From an uncultured Lachnospira sp. (lineage in GTDB: Bacteria; Bacillota; Clostridia; Lachnospirales; Lachnospiraceae), in assembly GCA_947628875.1 (NCBI GenBank), contig CANRBP010000001.1:1-45706 (forward strand): a DNA stretch of 45,706 nt, given 5' to 3'. The notes beneath the pieces are model-generated. The model did no database searches, was not told the origin of the DNA, and was given only the letters and a program-made list of their open reading frames with translations. Shown piece after piece: positions 18,006 through 27,160 of the stretch (the first letter of the stretch is position 1; each line of letters starts with the position of its first letter). A program made the translations under genes and the position numbers.

Positions 18006-18683
18006 CTACGCTCTGCCGCTGCGTTTCTGATTAACGATCTCCATAACGGCCTCCGTTGCCTGACTGATATTCATATCAGACGTATCCACAAATACTGCGT
18101 CCTGAGCCTGACTGAGAGGCGATATCTCCCTGTGCATGTCCTGATAATCGCGCTGTTCGATATCAGCCTTTATTTCCTCAAAATCACAAGCCTGCCCCTT
18201 GGCAGCCAGTTCGTCAAAACGCCTCTTTGCCCTTGCAGTCACGCTCGCTGTAAGATATATCTTGACAAAGGCGTCCGGCAGAACAGTCGTCCCGATATCG
18301 CGCCCGTCCATCACAACATTGTTTCTGGCTGCCAGGCTGCGCTGCAGATCAACCAGCTTTGTGCGCACCGGAGCATGCCTCGATATCTTTGAAGCCATTC
18401 TGCCTGTTTCCTCTGTGCGCAGAAGCGCCGTGATATTCTCGCCATTCAGAATAACCTGCTGTATGCCGTCCCGGTAGCTGATCGTGATATCAATCCCCGC
18501 GACAGCCTCGCCGGCTGCCTGTACATCGTCAGGATCAATGCTGTTTTGCGAAAAATAGACTGCTATCGCCCTGTACATAGCGCCTGTATCAACGTAAATA
18601 TAGTTAAGTTTTTCGGCAACAAGCCTGGCGACCGTACTCTTTCCGGCGCCAGCCGGCCCGTCAATTGCAATCGAATAATTCAT
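18006..18683 (-). CDS. cmk: Cytidylate kinase
   Basis: IAIDGPAGAGKST, DTGAMYR and VMDGRDIGT motifs; start ATG 18683. Confidence 0.97.
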   Translation of the reverse strand: MNYSIAIDGPAGAGKSTVARLVAEKLNYIYVDTGAMYRAIAVYFSQNSIDPDDVQAAGEAVAGIDITISYRDGIQQVILNGENITALLRTEETGRMASKISRHAPVRTKLVDLQRSLAARNNVVMDGRDIGTTVLPDAFVKIYLTASVTARAKRRFDELAAKGQACDFEEIKADIEQRDYQDMHREISPLSQAQDAVFVDTSDMNISQATEAVMEIVNQKRSGRA

Positions 18684-18757
18684 TTTTATACCTCTGGCGC
18701 GCTTCAGCACGCATACAAATCAAAAGTTTAAAAGTTTGCTTTCAAATTTTCCTGATG

Positions 18758-19998
18758 CTACTGCCTGATGTGCATGGCTGCGGCATATCCTGTAGACCAG
18801 GCGACCTGCAGGTTAAAGCCTCCCGTCACCGCATCAACATCAAGCACTTCCCCTGCAAAATATACATTTTCAACCAGCCTGGAAGCCATCGTAGACGGAT
18901 TCACCTCGCGCACGGCAACGCCGCCCTGCGTGATAATTGCCTCATCAAATCCGCGCAGGCCAGTCATCGTTATTTTCATTTCTTTTATCAGCGCGCCCAG
19001 CCGGCGGCGCTCCTGCCTTGTTATCGCATTCACCTTTTTTTCCGGCGCAATGCCGCTCAGTTCCACGATGACAGGGATTAATTTTTTCGGAAGCAGCTTG
19101 TCTAGCGCATTTCTGAAATTTTTATTTTCAGCCTCGGAAAAATCCCGCTGTATGCGTTCATCAAGCCGTCCTGCATCGAGAGCAGGCTTTAAGTCAATAC
19201 ACAGTGTCAGAGGCCTGTCCTGCAAGCTTTTGCCACATAGCTGCTCGCCGAAAGAATCATCGGGCCGCTTACGCCGAAATGCGTGAACAGCATTTCGCCA
19301 AAGCCTGAATACAGCCGCCTGCTGCCATCAATAACTGTTATGCCCGCATTTTTCAGGCTTAATCCCTGCAGCCTGCTTACCCACTCTTCAGCCGCCGAAA
19401 GCGGCACCAGCGCCGGACGCGGCGTTTCCACCGTATGGCCAAGCTTTTTTGCGAACTTATATCCGTCCCCGGTTGAGCCGGTAGATGGGTAGGAACAGCC
19501 GCCGGTCGCAATTACGGCAGCATCTGCCCGGACTTTTTTGCTTGCCCCGGCTTCCCGGACTGTGACGGCGTTAAACATTCCATCGCAAACATGTATATCA
19601 GTCACTTCCGCGCGCAGCCGCACGTCAACGCCCTGCCTCCCAAGTTCTTTGGCAAGCGCAGCCGTAACGTCAGATGCATGATCTGACGCCGGGAAAACAC
19701 GGTTTCCGCGTTCGATCTTATACGCCAGTCCAAGAGACTCAAAAAAACGCATTGCATCCTCGTTGGAAAATGAGCGGAAAGCGCTATATAAAAACTTGGG
19801 ATTGCTTACGATACTGCTGTACAATTCCTCCAATTTCCCTGCATTTGTAAAATTACACCTTCCCTTGCCGGTGATATAAAGCTTCTTGCCAAGCTTTTCA
19901 TTTTTTTCATACAGCACAACAGAATTGCCCTGCTGCGCCGCCGTGATGGCAGCCATCATTCCGGCAGCGCCGCCGCCGATTACGATCACTTCACTCAT
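18758..19998 (-). pseudogene. HI0933/BaiN-family NAD(P)/FAD-dependent oxidoreductase with an apparent 1-bp deletion at 19228-19231
   Basis: N part has GGGAAG, GKGRCNFTN and GEMLFTHFGVSGP; C part has TQGGV and GEVLDVDAVTGGFNLQ. One extra A in the A4 run fuses them (VAKSLQDRPL). Confidence 0.88.
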
Positions 19999-20929
19999 AT
20001 TTTCCCTGTTCCTTATCCGCTTTCTTTTTCATATCCGACAGCAGCGCATCATCAAACAGGTTTATCTCATCTCTGCTGTCGTATTGATAATCCTGCGTAA
20101 CCTGTTCAAGCAGCTTCAAATTGTTCATTACCTGATCATGCCGCCGCAAACACAGCGCCACGATCAGCGCATTTATAACGCTGAGCGGTGCAGCCAGTGA
20201 ATCCACGACAGAAGCCATATCGCTGCGCGCGAACAGGTTGCAGGACGAATATATGTTCATCGGGGAATGCTTGCTGTCTGTGAGCGCGATAATCTTCGCA
20301 TTGCGGTTATTCGCAAATTCCATTGCTTTAAGGGTGCGCATGGAATACTGCGGAAAGCTGATGCCGACCACCGCGTCCGATGCGGAAACATGCAGCATCT
20401 GTTCAAACAGCTCGCTGCTGTTCACGCTCCCGACTAAAATCACCCTCTGCCTTACCAGCCTGAGGTAATAAGCCAGAAAAGATGCAAGCGGCGCACAGTT
20501 TTGCACGCCGATTATGTAGACGTTTTCCGCATTCAGTATATCCTCAACAGCAACCTCAAACGCATTCCTGTCAAGCGCTTCCATCGTCAGCCGGATTTTT
20601 TCGGCATCTGCGCCCATAACATTGTCAACGACCTCCTCCTGCGGCATTGCGCCGCCTGCGATTTCGATACGCTCAATAGCGTGGAGGCGATCCTGTATAA
20701 GTCCTGCCATTTTTCTCTGAAATTCAGGATACCCGGACAGTCCAAGAGCAGCCGCAAAACGCACAACCGTTGATTCGCTTGTGCCGGCCTTATTACCCAG
20801 CTGCGCCGCCGTCAAAAACGCCGCCTCCTCATAATGCTCTGAAATGTAATCTGCCAGCTTTCTCTGCCCTTTGCTGAATTGTCCGCGCTTCTCCCTAAGC
20901 AGTGCGAGCAGTCCGCCATCGTCATACAT
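19991..20929 (-). CDS. MurR/RpiR-family transcriptional regulator
   Basis: N-terminal HTH (SKGQRKLADYI...SESTVVRFA...GYPEFQ) plus SIS domain. Confidence 0.92.
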   Translation of the reverse strand: MYDDGGLLALLREKRGQFSKGQRKLADYISEHYEEAAFLTAAQLGNKAGTSESTVVRFAAALGLSGYPEFQRKMAGLIQDRLHAIERIEIAGGAMPQEEVVDNVMGADAEKIRLTMEALDRNAFEVAVEDILNAENVYIIGVQNCAPLASFLAYYLRLVRQRVILVGSVNSSELFEQMLHVSASDAVVGISFPQYSMRTLKAMEFANNRNAKIIALTDSKHSPMNIYSSCNLFARSDMASVVDSLAAPLSVINALIVALCLRRHDQVMNNLKLLEQVTQDYQYDSRDEINLFDDALLSDMKKKADKEQGKYE

Positions 20930-20940
20930 AGCTTTTCCCC

Positions 20941-21351
20941 TTAACGATTTTTATATTTTGCGCCCAAAGCACGCCTTCCGCCTCTGTTACGGAGGCTGAC
21001 CGGCCTGGCAAGGATTTCGGCCATAATAAAGCCTGCCTTCAGGCTGTCCTTGTCAAAATCAAACCGTCCGGCCGTATTCGCCTTTTCATTTGCCTGTTTC
21101 TGCCGTTCCGGCTGCACTTTCGGCTGTTTTATTTCAGCCTCCGCCGGCCTCTGCCGGCTTTGCTGATCCAGCTGTTTTAACTGTTTTAAATGTTTTTGCT
21201 GTTTTTGCTGACCTTTCTGACTTTGCTGTTTTGGCTGATTTGGCTGATTTGGCTGCTCCGCCTGCTGTTTCTGCTGTGCATATTCTCCCAGGCGTTTCCT
21301 GAGCTTTTCCTTTAACTGCTGTGTCTGTTCATAGGACAGCTTATCATTCAT
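20941..21351 (-). CDS. Gln/Lys-rich protein, YqfB-like third gene of the floA operon
   Basis: Low-complexity Q/K middle region; C-terminal [18 protein letters not shown]; overlaps the floA stop. Confidence 0.65.
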   Translation of the reverse strand: MNDKLSYEQTQQLKEKLRKRLGEYAQQKQQAEQPNQPNQPKQQSQKGQQKQQKHLKQLKQLDQQSRQRPAEAEIKQPKVQPERQKQANEKANTAGRFDFDKDSLKAGFIMAEILARPVSLRNRGGRRALGAKYKNR

Positions 21352-22321
21352 GGCGGTCTCCCTCTATGATTTTGCCGCATGCAGCATCCTGTCCTGCGAT
21401 ATTCTGCCGCATAACAGTGTCCGCTTTGATGTTCTGCAAATCATAATAATCCATTATGCCCATTTTTCCTTCGCGCAGCGCATATGCCAGCGCCTTCGGA
21501 ACCTCCGCCTCAGCTTCCACCACATAAGCGCGCATTTCCTGTTCCTTTGCTACTGCCATCGCCCTGCGTTCCTCAGCCTTTGCCTGCGCGATATTTTTAT
21601 CTGCTTCGGCCTGCAGGCTCTGCAGCTGCGCTCCGATGTTCCTTCCGATATCAATATCAGCAATATCAATTGACAGAATCTCAAATGCAGTCCCGGAATC
21701 AAGGCCTTTGCTCAATACAAGCTTGGAAATATCATCAGGATTTTCAAGGACTCCCTTATGCGTTGCCGCAGAACCTACTGTTGTCACAATGCCTTCGCCG
21801 ATCCTGGCTATTATAGTCGCCTCCCCGGCGCCGCCGACAAGGCGTTCAAGGTTTGTGCGCACCGTCACCCTTGCCTTTACAAGAAGTTCAATTCCATCTT
21901 TTGCAACCGCAGAAATATTAGGCGTTTCAATGACTTTCGGGTTAACGCTCATCTTGACGGCTTCCAGCACATTTCTGCCTGCCAGGTCAATTGCGGCTGC
22001 TTTTTCAAATGTCAGGTCAATGCCGGCACGCGCTGAGGCGATAAGCGCATCTACAACGCCGTCTACATTGCCGCCAGCCAGATAATGCGCCTCAAGCTGA
22101 TTAACGCTCAGCTGCAAGCCCGCCTTTGTGGCTTTTACCAGCGGAAGGACGATCCTTGCAGGCACTACCCTGCGCAGCCTCATGCCGACCAGGCTGAAAA
22201 TGCTTATCCTGACGCCAGCCGCCAGCGCGGATATCCAAAGGCCTACAGGCACAAACGTGTAAAACAGTATTAAGAGCAAAATAACAAAAAATATAACAAT
22301 AACCGGAAATATATCCAACAT
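21344..22321 (-). CDS. floA: Flotillin-like protein FloA (YqfA/YdfA family)
   Basis: [39 protein letters not shown] and [14 protein letters not shown] motifs. Confidence 0.95.
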   Translation of the reverse strand: MLDIFPVIVIFFVILLLILFYTFVPVGLWISALAAGVRISIFSLVGMRLRRVVPARIVLPLVKATKAGLQLSVNQLEAHYLAGGNVDGVVDALIASARAGIDLTFEKAAAIDLAGRNVLEAVKMSVNPKVIETPNISAVAKDGIELLVKARVTVRTNLERLVGGAGEATIIARIGEGIVTTVGSAATHKGVLENPDDISKLVLSKGLDSGTAFEILSIDIADIDIGRNIGAQLQSLQAEADKNIAQAKAEERRAMAVAKEQEMRAYVVEAEAEVPKALAYALREGKMGIMDYYDLQNIKADTVMRQNIAGQDAACGKIIEGDRHE

Positions 22322-22373
22322 ATCTTTAACTCTCCTTCCTATACTTCCATATTACAACGCCGGTTCAAGAACT

Positions 22374-22883
22374 TCATAGCGCCTGCCCGGCCTGCTGTTC
22401 TCTTACTATCAGAGAGGTATTGCTTATCCTGCATACCTCAATTTCCGTACCCTTGCTGATAAACCTGGTTTCTGAGACAACATCTCTCTCAGCTCCGTCA
22501 ATCAGCGCTTTTCCTGCCGGACGCAGATCAGTCATGGCTATGCCTTTTCTGCCGATAAAATACTCAGAACCGGAAGAACTGATGCAGCCGCTTTCCTTAT
22601 CAAGCCGGTCTTCCAGAACAACCGGCGGTTTCACGCGCCCTTTCGCAAACAAGCGCATGAGAATGAACAGTCCGGCCGCCAAAAGCACCATTACAATGGC
22701 AATAATCACCAGCGCCTGCGTCAAAGTATCCGCTGTCAGCAAGACGCCTGCAGCCAAAGCGCAGATGCCAAGGACTCCCGGAAGCCCGAACCCCGGAATG
22801 ACAGCCTCAATTCCAATCAGTATGAATCCGGCTGCAAAAAATATAATGCCAAGGATAAACCATCCGTCCATAATAATCTCCAT
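22374..22883 (-). CDS. NfeD-family membrane protein
   Basis: IEAVIPGFGLPGVLG TM region and the OB-fold motif GIAMTDLRPAGKA; start at 22883 or 22871. Confidence 0.88.
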   Translation of the reverse strand: MEIIMDGWFILGIIFFAAGFILIGIEAVIPGFGLPGVLGICALAAGVLLTADTLTQALVIIAIVMVLLAAGLFILMRLFAKGRVKPPVVLEDRLDKESGCISSSGSEYFIGRKGIAMTDLRPAGKALIDGAERDVVSETRFISKGTEIEVCRISNTSLIVREQQAGQAL

Positions 22884-22902
22884 TTTCCGTTCTTCCTGCC
22901 AA

Positions 22903-23523
22903 TCATGCCTGCTCTTCCAAAAATAATTCCCTGAAATACGGCATCTGCTCCGCCCAGCTGCAAAACTCATGCCACTCATCAAGTTTATGGTTCTTCCTGG
23001 ATTGATATATTGACACCAGGTTTTCATAGCTGAAAGTGCATGTGCGCATCTGGTTATAACTCTCCGGCAGCAGCTGTATCATGCTGTACCACAATTCCTT
23101 ATCCTGAGTTTCATTATAACCTATCCGCAGCTTTTCCAGAAATGCAATAATTTCCTGCATGTGCGCACGGCTTTCCTCAGTCATGCGGTCAGTGCTGAAA
23201 TCATCTATTTCAAACGGACGGCTGTGTATTTTATGCATCGTACTGGTTGAATTTGCCACCGTTCCAACCTTGTAGGTGTCATACTCCTTCCACCAGTACA
23301 GCGGAGCCGTGATATCCGCCGTGACAAAAATCTGCCGGATAAACTTCCGGTGGTCACTTCCTGCCCGGCACAGCTTCCTGGCAAGCTCAAGGTCTTTTTC
23401 TCCGAACACGAAACGCCCGTCTTCCACCTTACTGTCCATGCGATCCCAGCTGTTATGCGGATTGCGCGCGCCGCGGATTGCATTTTCAAAATTCATTGCT
23501 GCGTATCTCTCAAATTTAATCAA
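22903..23523 (-). CDS. Conserved hypothetical protein resembling the ThyX fold but lacking the RHRxxxxxxxS motif
   Basis: GARNPHNSW, HRKFIRQI, APLYWWKEYDTYK, STSTMHK, QLLPESY and RKNHKLDEW motifs; TTG start after GGAGGG. Confidence 0.6.
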   Translation of the reverse strand: MIKFERYAAMNFENAIRGARNPHNSWDRMDSKVEDGRFVFGEKDLELARKLCRAGSDHRKFIRQIFVTADITAPLYWWKEYDTYKVGTVANSTSTMHKIHSRPFEIDDFSTDRMTEESRAHMQEIIAFLEKLRIGYNETQDKELWYSMIQLLPESYNQMRTCTFSYENLVSIYQSRKNHKLDEWHEFCSWAEQMPYFRELFLEEQA

Positions 23524-23586
23524 TATTACCCTCCATTTCAAGCAACTTTCGTTTTCGTGCTGCCTCTGCGCATAACAGCTTTAGCT

Positions 23587-25026
23587 TTACCTGCCGTGCG
23601 CGGATTTGGAAAACAGCATAAACATCGGGAATATCTCAAGGCGCCCGGTCAGCATGATCACCGACAGCGCAACCTTTGCCCAATCCGAATAAATGCCGAA
23701 ATTCACCATGGGGCCAACTGCTCCCAGTCCCGGCCCGATATTGTTAAAACATGATATAACGGCAGTCAGATTAGTTGTAAAATCAAAACCGTCCAGCGAG
23801 ATAAATAGCGTAAACAGGCTTATCAGTATAAAATAAGCCGATGCATACACGCGCGTTGCCGTCAGCGTATCCTTGTCAAGCGGCTTGCCGTTAAGCCGGA
23901 CTACCGAGATTACTCTTGGATCGATAATATGCCTTATTTCCGTAAAAAATGATTTAACCAGTATGATTATCCTGGAAACCTTCATGCCGCCGCCTGTTGA
24001 CCCTGAACATGCGCCGACAATCATCAGCAGAACCAGCATATGTTTGGAAAATTCCGGCCACAGGTTAAAGTCAACCGTTGCAAAACCAGTCGTTGTTATA
24101 ATGCTTGACACCTGAAAAAATGACTGCCGCATAGCCGTGCCAAACGATGCCACAGTGCCTGCGATGTTGATTCCGATCGTGACAGCTGCAAAAGCGATAA
24201 TGCCAAAGTACCACCATACTTCCTCAGTCTTTACAGCTTCCTTGAACCGCCTGAGCAGAAGGAAATAATACACGTTAAAATTAACGCCGAACAGAATCAT
24301 GAAAACGGCTATCACCAGTTCTATATATACGCTATTGTAGCCTGCAATACCGGCCGATGTCAATCCGAAACCTCCGGTTCCGGCTGTAGCAAAAGCCATG
24401 CATGATGCATCGTATAGTCCCATATTTCCCAGCAAAAGCAGTATGATTAGTACCGCCGTCATAGCCGTATAAATGCCATACAGGATCATTGATGTTTTTT
24501 TCATGCGCGGCACAAGCTTGCCGGCAGTCGGCCCAGGCACTTCCGCCCTCACCAGATGCATTGAATTTTCGTTACCCATCGGCATTATCATCATCACAAA
24601 GACAAGAACGCCCATGCCGCCTATCCAGTGCGTAAAACTCCTCCAGAACAGTACGCCGTGCTTTAAAAGCTCAGGCTGCGAAAGCACTGATGCTCCTGTC
24701 GTTGTAAAGCCTGAAACAATCTCAAAAAGCGCTGACCAATAGGAATCAAACCCATTTGACAGATAGAGAGGAAACGCACCGATAATACAGATGATTATCC
24801 AGGCAAGCGCAACTATGCAGTATCCGTCACGGCTGCTCATTTTCCTCTCAGGCGCCTTAACCATCGACAGCACAGCGCCGGCAATGGCCGCCGGAATCAT
24901 AGTCATCAAAAAGGCCTGGGCATCACCGTCACCGTATATCAGGGCAACGGCAAAAGACGGAACCATCAGCATAACCTCTGTCAGTATGATTTTGCCCAGT
25001 ATATTCAGTATTTTTCTTCTATTCAT
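23587..25026 (-). CDS. trkH: Trk potassium uptake membrane protein TrkH
   Basis: Four pore loops (SGFTTTG, AGTGGF, ITTTGF, NNIGPG) and GRLEIFP. Confidence 0.95.
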   Translation of the reverse strand: MNRRKILNILGKIILTEVMLMVPSFAVALIYGDGDAQAFLMTMIPAAIAGAVLSMVKAPERKMSSRDGYCIVALAWIIICIIGAFPLYLSNGFDSYWSALFEIVSGFTTTGASVLSQPELLKHGVLFWRSFTHWIGGMGVLVFVMMIMPMGNENSMHLVRAEVPGPTAGKLVPRMKKTSMILYGIYTAMTAVLIILLLLGNMGLYDASCMAFATAGTGGFGLTSAGIAGYNSVYIELVIAVFMILFGVNFNVYYFLLLRRFKEAVKTEEVWWYFGIIAFAAVTIGINIAGTVASFGTAMRQSFFQVSSIITTTGFATVDFNLWPEFSKHMLVLLMIVGACSGSTGGGMKVSRIIILVKSFFTEIRHIIDPRVISVVRLNGKPLDKDTLTATRVYASAYFILISLFTLFISLDGFDFTTNLTAVISCFNNIGPGLGAVGPMVNFGIYSDWAKVALSVIMLTGRLEIFPMFMLFSKSAHGR

Positions 25027-25038
25027 ATCTGACCACCA

Positions 25039-26421
25039 CTATTCCCTGAAAATATCCGGAAAGCGTGAAATCCGCTTATCCACCGAAACAACCAGCACAG
25101 AATCGCCTATTTTCAATACATCGTCACCGCGCGGTATTATAGGTATCCTCCCACGGATAATGCAGGCGATAAGTATGCCGCTTTTCAGTTCCAGCTGCTT
25201 GAGCGGCTTTTCCAAAAACGGCTCATTGATACGCACTTTAAATTCAATAAATTCAAGCTTTCCGTCCATCAGGCTGTAGAGAGACTCAATCGCATCATTA
25301 TTCTCGGCAGCCATCAAAGAACGCACATACCCGGCAATAAGATCTGTCGCCGCATCTTCCTTTGATACGCTGCAGATCTTCGTTTTTTTCTGCAGTCCGC
25401 GCAGGGTTGATTGCGAATTCATCTTTGTGATCACCTTGTCGATATGCTTGCTCTCCGCATACATTGAAATGACAAGGTTGTATTCATCGTTATTTGTCAG
25501 CGCAACCATTGCGTCTGTATGATTTATATCCGCATCAGACATGGAATCAAAATATTCCATGGCATCGCTGCACATGACTGATATGCCCGGGATCCTGCCT
25601 GCCAGGTCAGTAGCAACGTCACGTTTTTTTTCAATAACAGTCACATTCGCGCCCTCCCGCTTCAAAAGCTGGGCAAGATAAGTGGCAACGCGGCTTGCTC
25701 CGGCTATCATAACGGAATTAAGCGGCTTTACGGACAGATTCATCTTTTTAAAACCGTCCTCAAATGCGCTTGGCGCGCCGGTAATGTACAAAACGTCCCC
25801 TTCCTGAATCATAAAGTCACCATTTGGTATTTCCAGCCTGCCGCCGCGGACAACCGCGCAAATCAGCAGGTTGATTTTCATGCCTTTATTAATCTGGAAA
25901 AGCGTCCTGCCAATCATCAGGTTGCCGCTCTCCACTGCCATCTCAACCAATTCCGCCCTGCCTTTGGCAAACTGTTCAACGCGCGTTGCAAGCGGAAAAT
26001 GCAAAAGGCGCTGTATCTCCCTGGCGGCCGCAAATTCCGGATTAATAGTCATGGACAATCCAAGGCTTTCAGTATAAAATTCCGACTGCAAAGCATACTC
26101 TACATTCCTTACACGCGCGATCGTATGCTTTGCTCCCATCGTGTGCGCTGTCGTGCATGCGAGCAGGTTCAGCTCATCAGAACCGGTCACAGAAATAAAA
26201 ATGTCTGCTGATCCCGCCCCTATTTCATTCAAGATTGCATAGGAAGCGCCATTTCCCTGGTACGTGATCACATCTAAAGCGTTTGCGATCTTATTCACTA
26301 TCATTAAATCCTGGTCAACCACTGTGACTTCACAGCCGTTTTCTGAGAGCTGTGAAGTAAGCGCGCCGCCAATTTTGCCGCCGCCGATAATGCAAACTTT
26401 TACATTTTTCTTTTCTTTCAC
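25039..26421 (-). CDS. trkA: Trk potassium uptake regulatory subunit TrkA
   Basis: IIGGGKIG, SDELNLLAC, TIARVRN and INPE motifs; two RCK repeats; GTG 26421 after GAGG. Confidence 0.93.
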   Translation of the reverse strand: MKEKKNVKVCIIGGGKIGGALTSQLSENGCEVTVVDQDLMIVNKIANALDVITYQGNGASYAILNEIGAGSADIFISVTGSDELNLLACTTAHTMGAKHTIARVRNVEYALQSEFYTESLGLSMTINPEFAAAREIQRLLHFPLATRVEQFAKGRAELVEMAVESGNLMIGRTLFQINKGMKINLLICAVVRGGRLEIPNGDFMIQEGDVLYITGAPSAFEDGFKKMNLSVKPLNSVMIAGASRVATYLAQLLKREGANVTVIEKKRDVATDLAGRIPGISVMCSDAMEYFDSMSDADINHTDAMVALTNNDEYNLVISMYAESKHIDKVITKMNSQSTLRGLQKKTKICSVSKEDAATDLIAGYVRSLMAAENNDAIESLYSLMDGKLEFIEFKVRINEPFLEKPLKQLELKSGILIACIIRGRIPIIPRGDDVLKIGDSVLVVSVDKRISRFPDIFRE

Positions 26422-26502
26422 AATATCCTCAATTCTGCCATAACAGGCCAATCATATTTTGACGAAATGATAAACTGGCAGTCCGCCTCCCAATCGGCAG
26501 GA

Positions 26503-26533
26503 AAGGCCCGCCCACCAAGGTGGATCGGGCCTT
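26503..26533 (-). terminator. GC-rich hairpin after the 26545 gene (weak U-tail)
   Basis: AAGGCCCG / CGGGCCTT outer stem with CCACC / GGTGG inner stem. Confidence 0.55.
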
Positions 26534-26544
26534 AGCCAAAATAA

Positions 26545-27117
26545 TTATTTTTTACCAGCCTTTTGCTTAACAGCTGCAAATGAAGCGACAATGCCCAGTC
26601 CCCACGCAATAATAAGTTCCTTCGCAAATGCAAATGCAAAGTCGCTGTCTTTAAGCAGCACCGGCATAGCCGAGAGCGCATCCGAAAAGCTGTAAGCACT
26701 GCCCAAATATTCACTGTAAGCTTTGTAAATCTCGTTAGCAGCCGCAAACCACTCTGCCGCAAAAATTGCGATAAATGCTAAAACAACTGATATAATCAGG
26801 CCTTTCATGGAAAAACCTGCCCCTGAAAGCTTCTGATAACAAAAGTTTGCAAGCAGTACAGCTACCAGTCCCGCAATACCGGCAATAAAGCCGAATTGGT
26901 ATATGATATAGTACAATACTGCACCTGCCAGCGCTCCTGCAAATGCTCCAGCAGTTCCAAGCAATATATTTTCCTTTGCAGGCTTTGGCATCTCGGAAAC
27001 GCTTCCGGTGCTGCCGTAGCCGCCGCTAAAAGATGTATTCATGCTGCTGTCCGCATTTCCGCCGCCGCTGAAATTGCCCCCATTTGAATAATTGTTGTTT
27101 TGATTTAAATCGCTCAT
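26545..27117 (-). CDS. Hypothetical membrane protein
   Basis: Asn/Gly/Ser-rich N-terminus followed by about four hydrophobic helices; ATG 27117 after AAGGAG. Confidence 0.75.
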   Translation of the reverse strand: MSDLNQNNNYSNGGNFSGGGNADSSMNTSFSGGYGSTGSVSEMPKPAKENILLGTAGAFAGALAGAVLYYIIYQFGFIAGIAGLVAVLLANFCYQKLSGAGFSMKGLIISVVLAFIAIFAAEWFAAANEIYKAYSEYLGSAYSFSDALSAMPVLLKDSDFAFAFAKELIIAWGLGIVASFAAVKQKAGKK

Positions 27118-27160
27118 TTGTTTCTCCTTATTTTTTAACTTTAAAGTAAATTTATTTCTT

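Noticed and set aside
21100-21330. Short tandem repeats as a CRISPR array
   Set aside because: They are 9-bp coding repeats with no spacers, and there are no cas genes in the window.
22903-23523. Prophage remnant around the ThyX-like gene
   Set aside because: No integrase, structural or other phage genes nearby; the flanks are housekeeping genes.
26422-26545. c-di-AMP (ydaO) riboswitch upstream of trkA
   Set aside because: The region is short and I cannot find the conserved ydaO motifs; only a simple hairpin is present.
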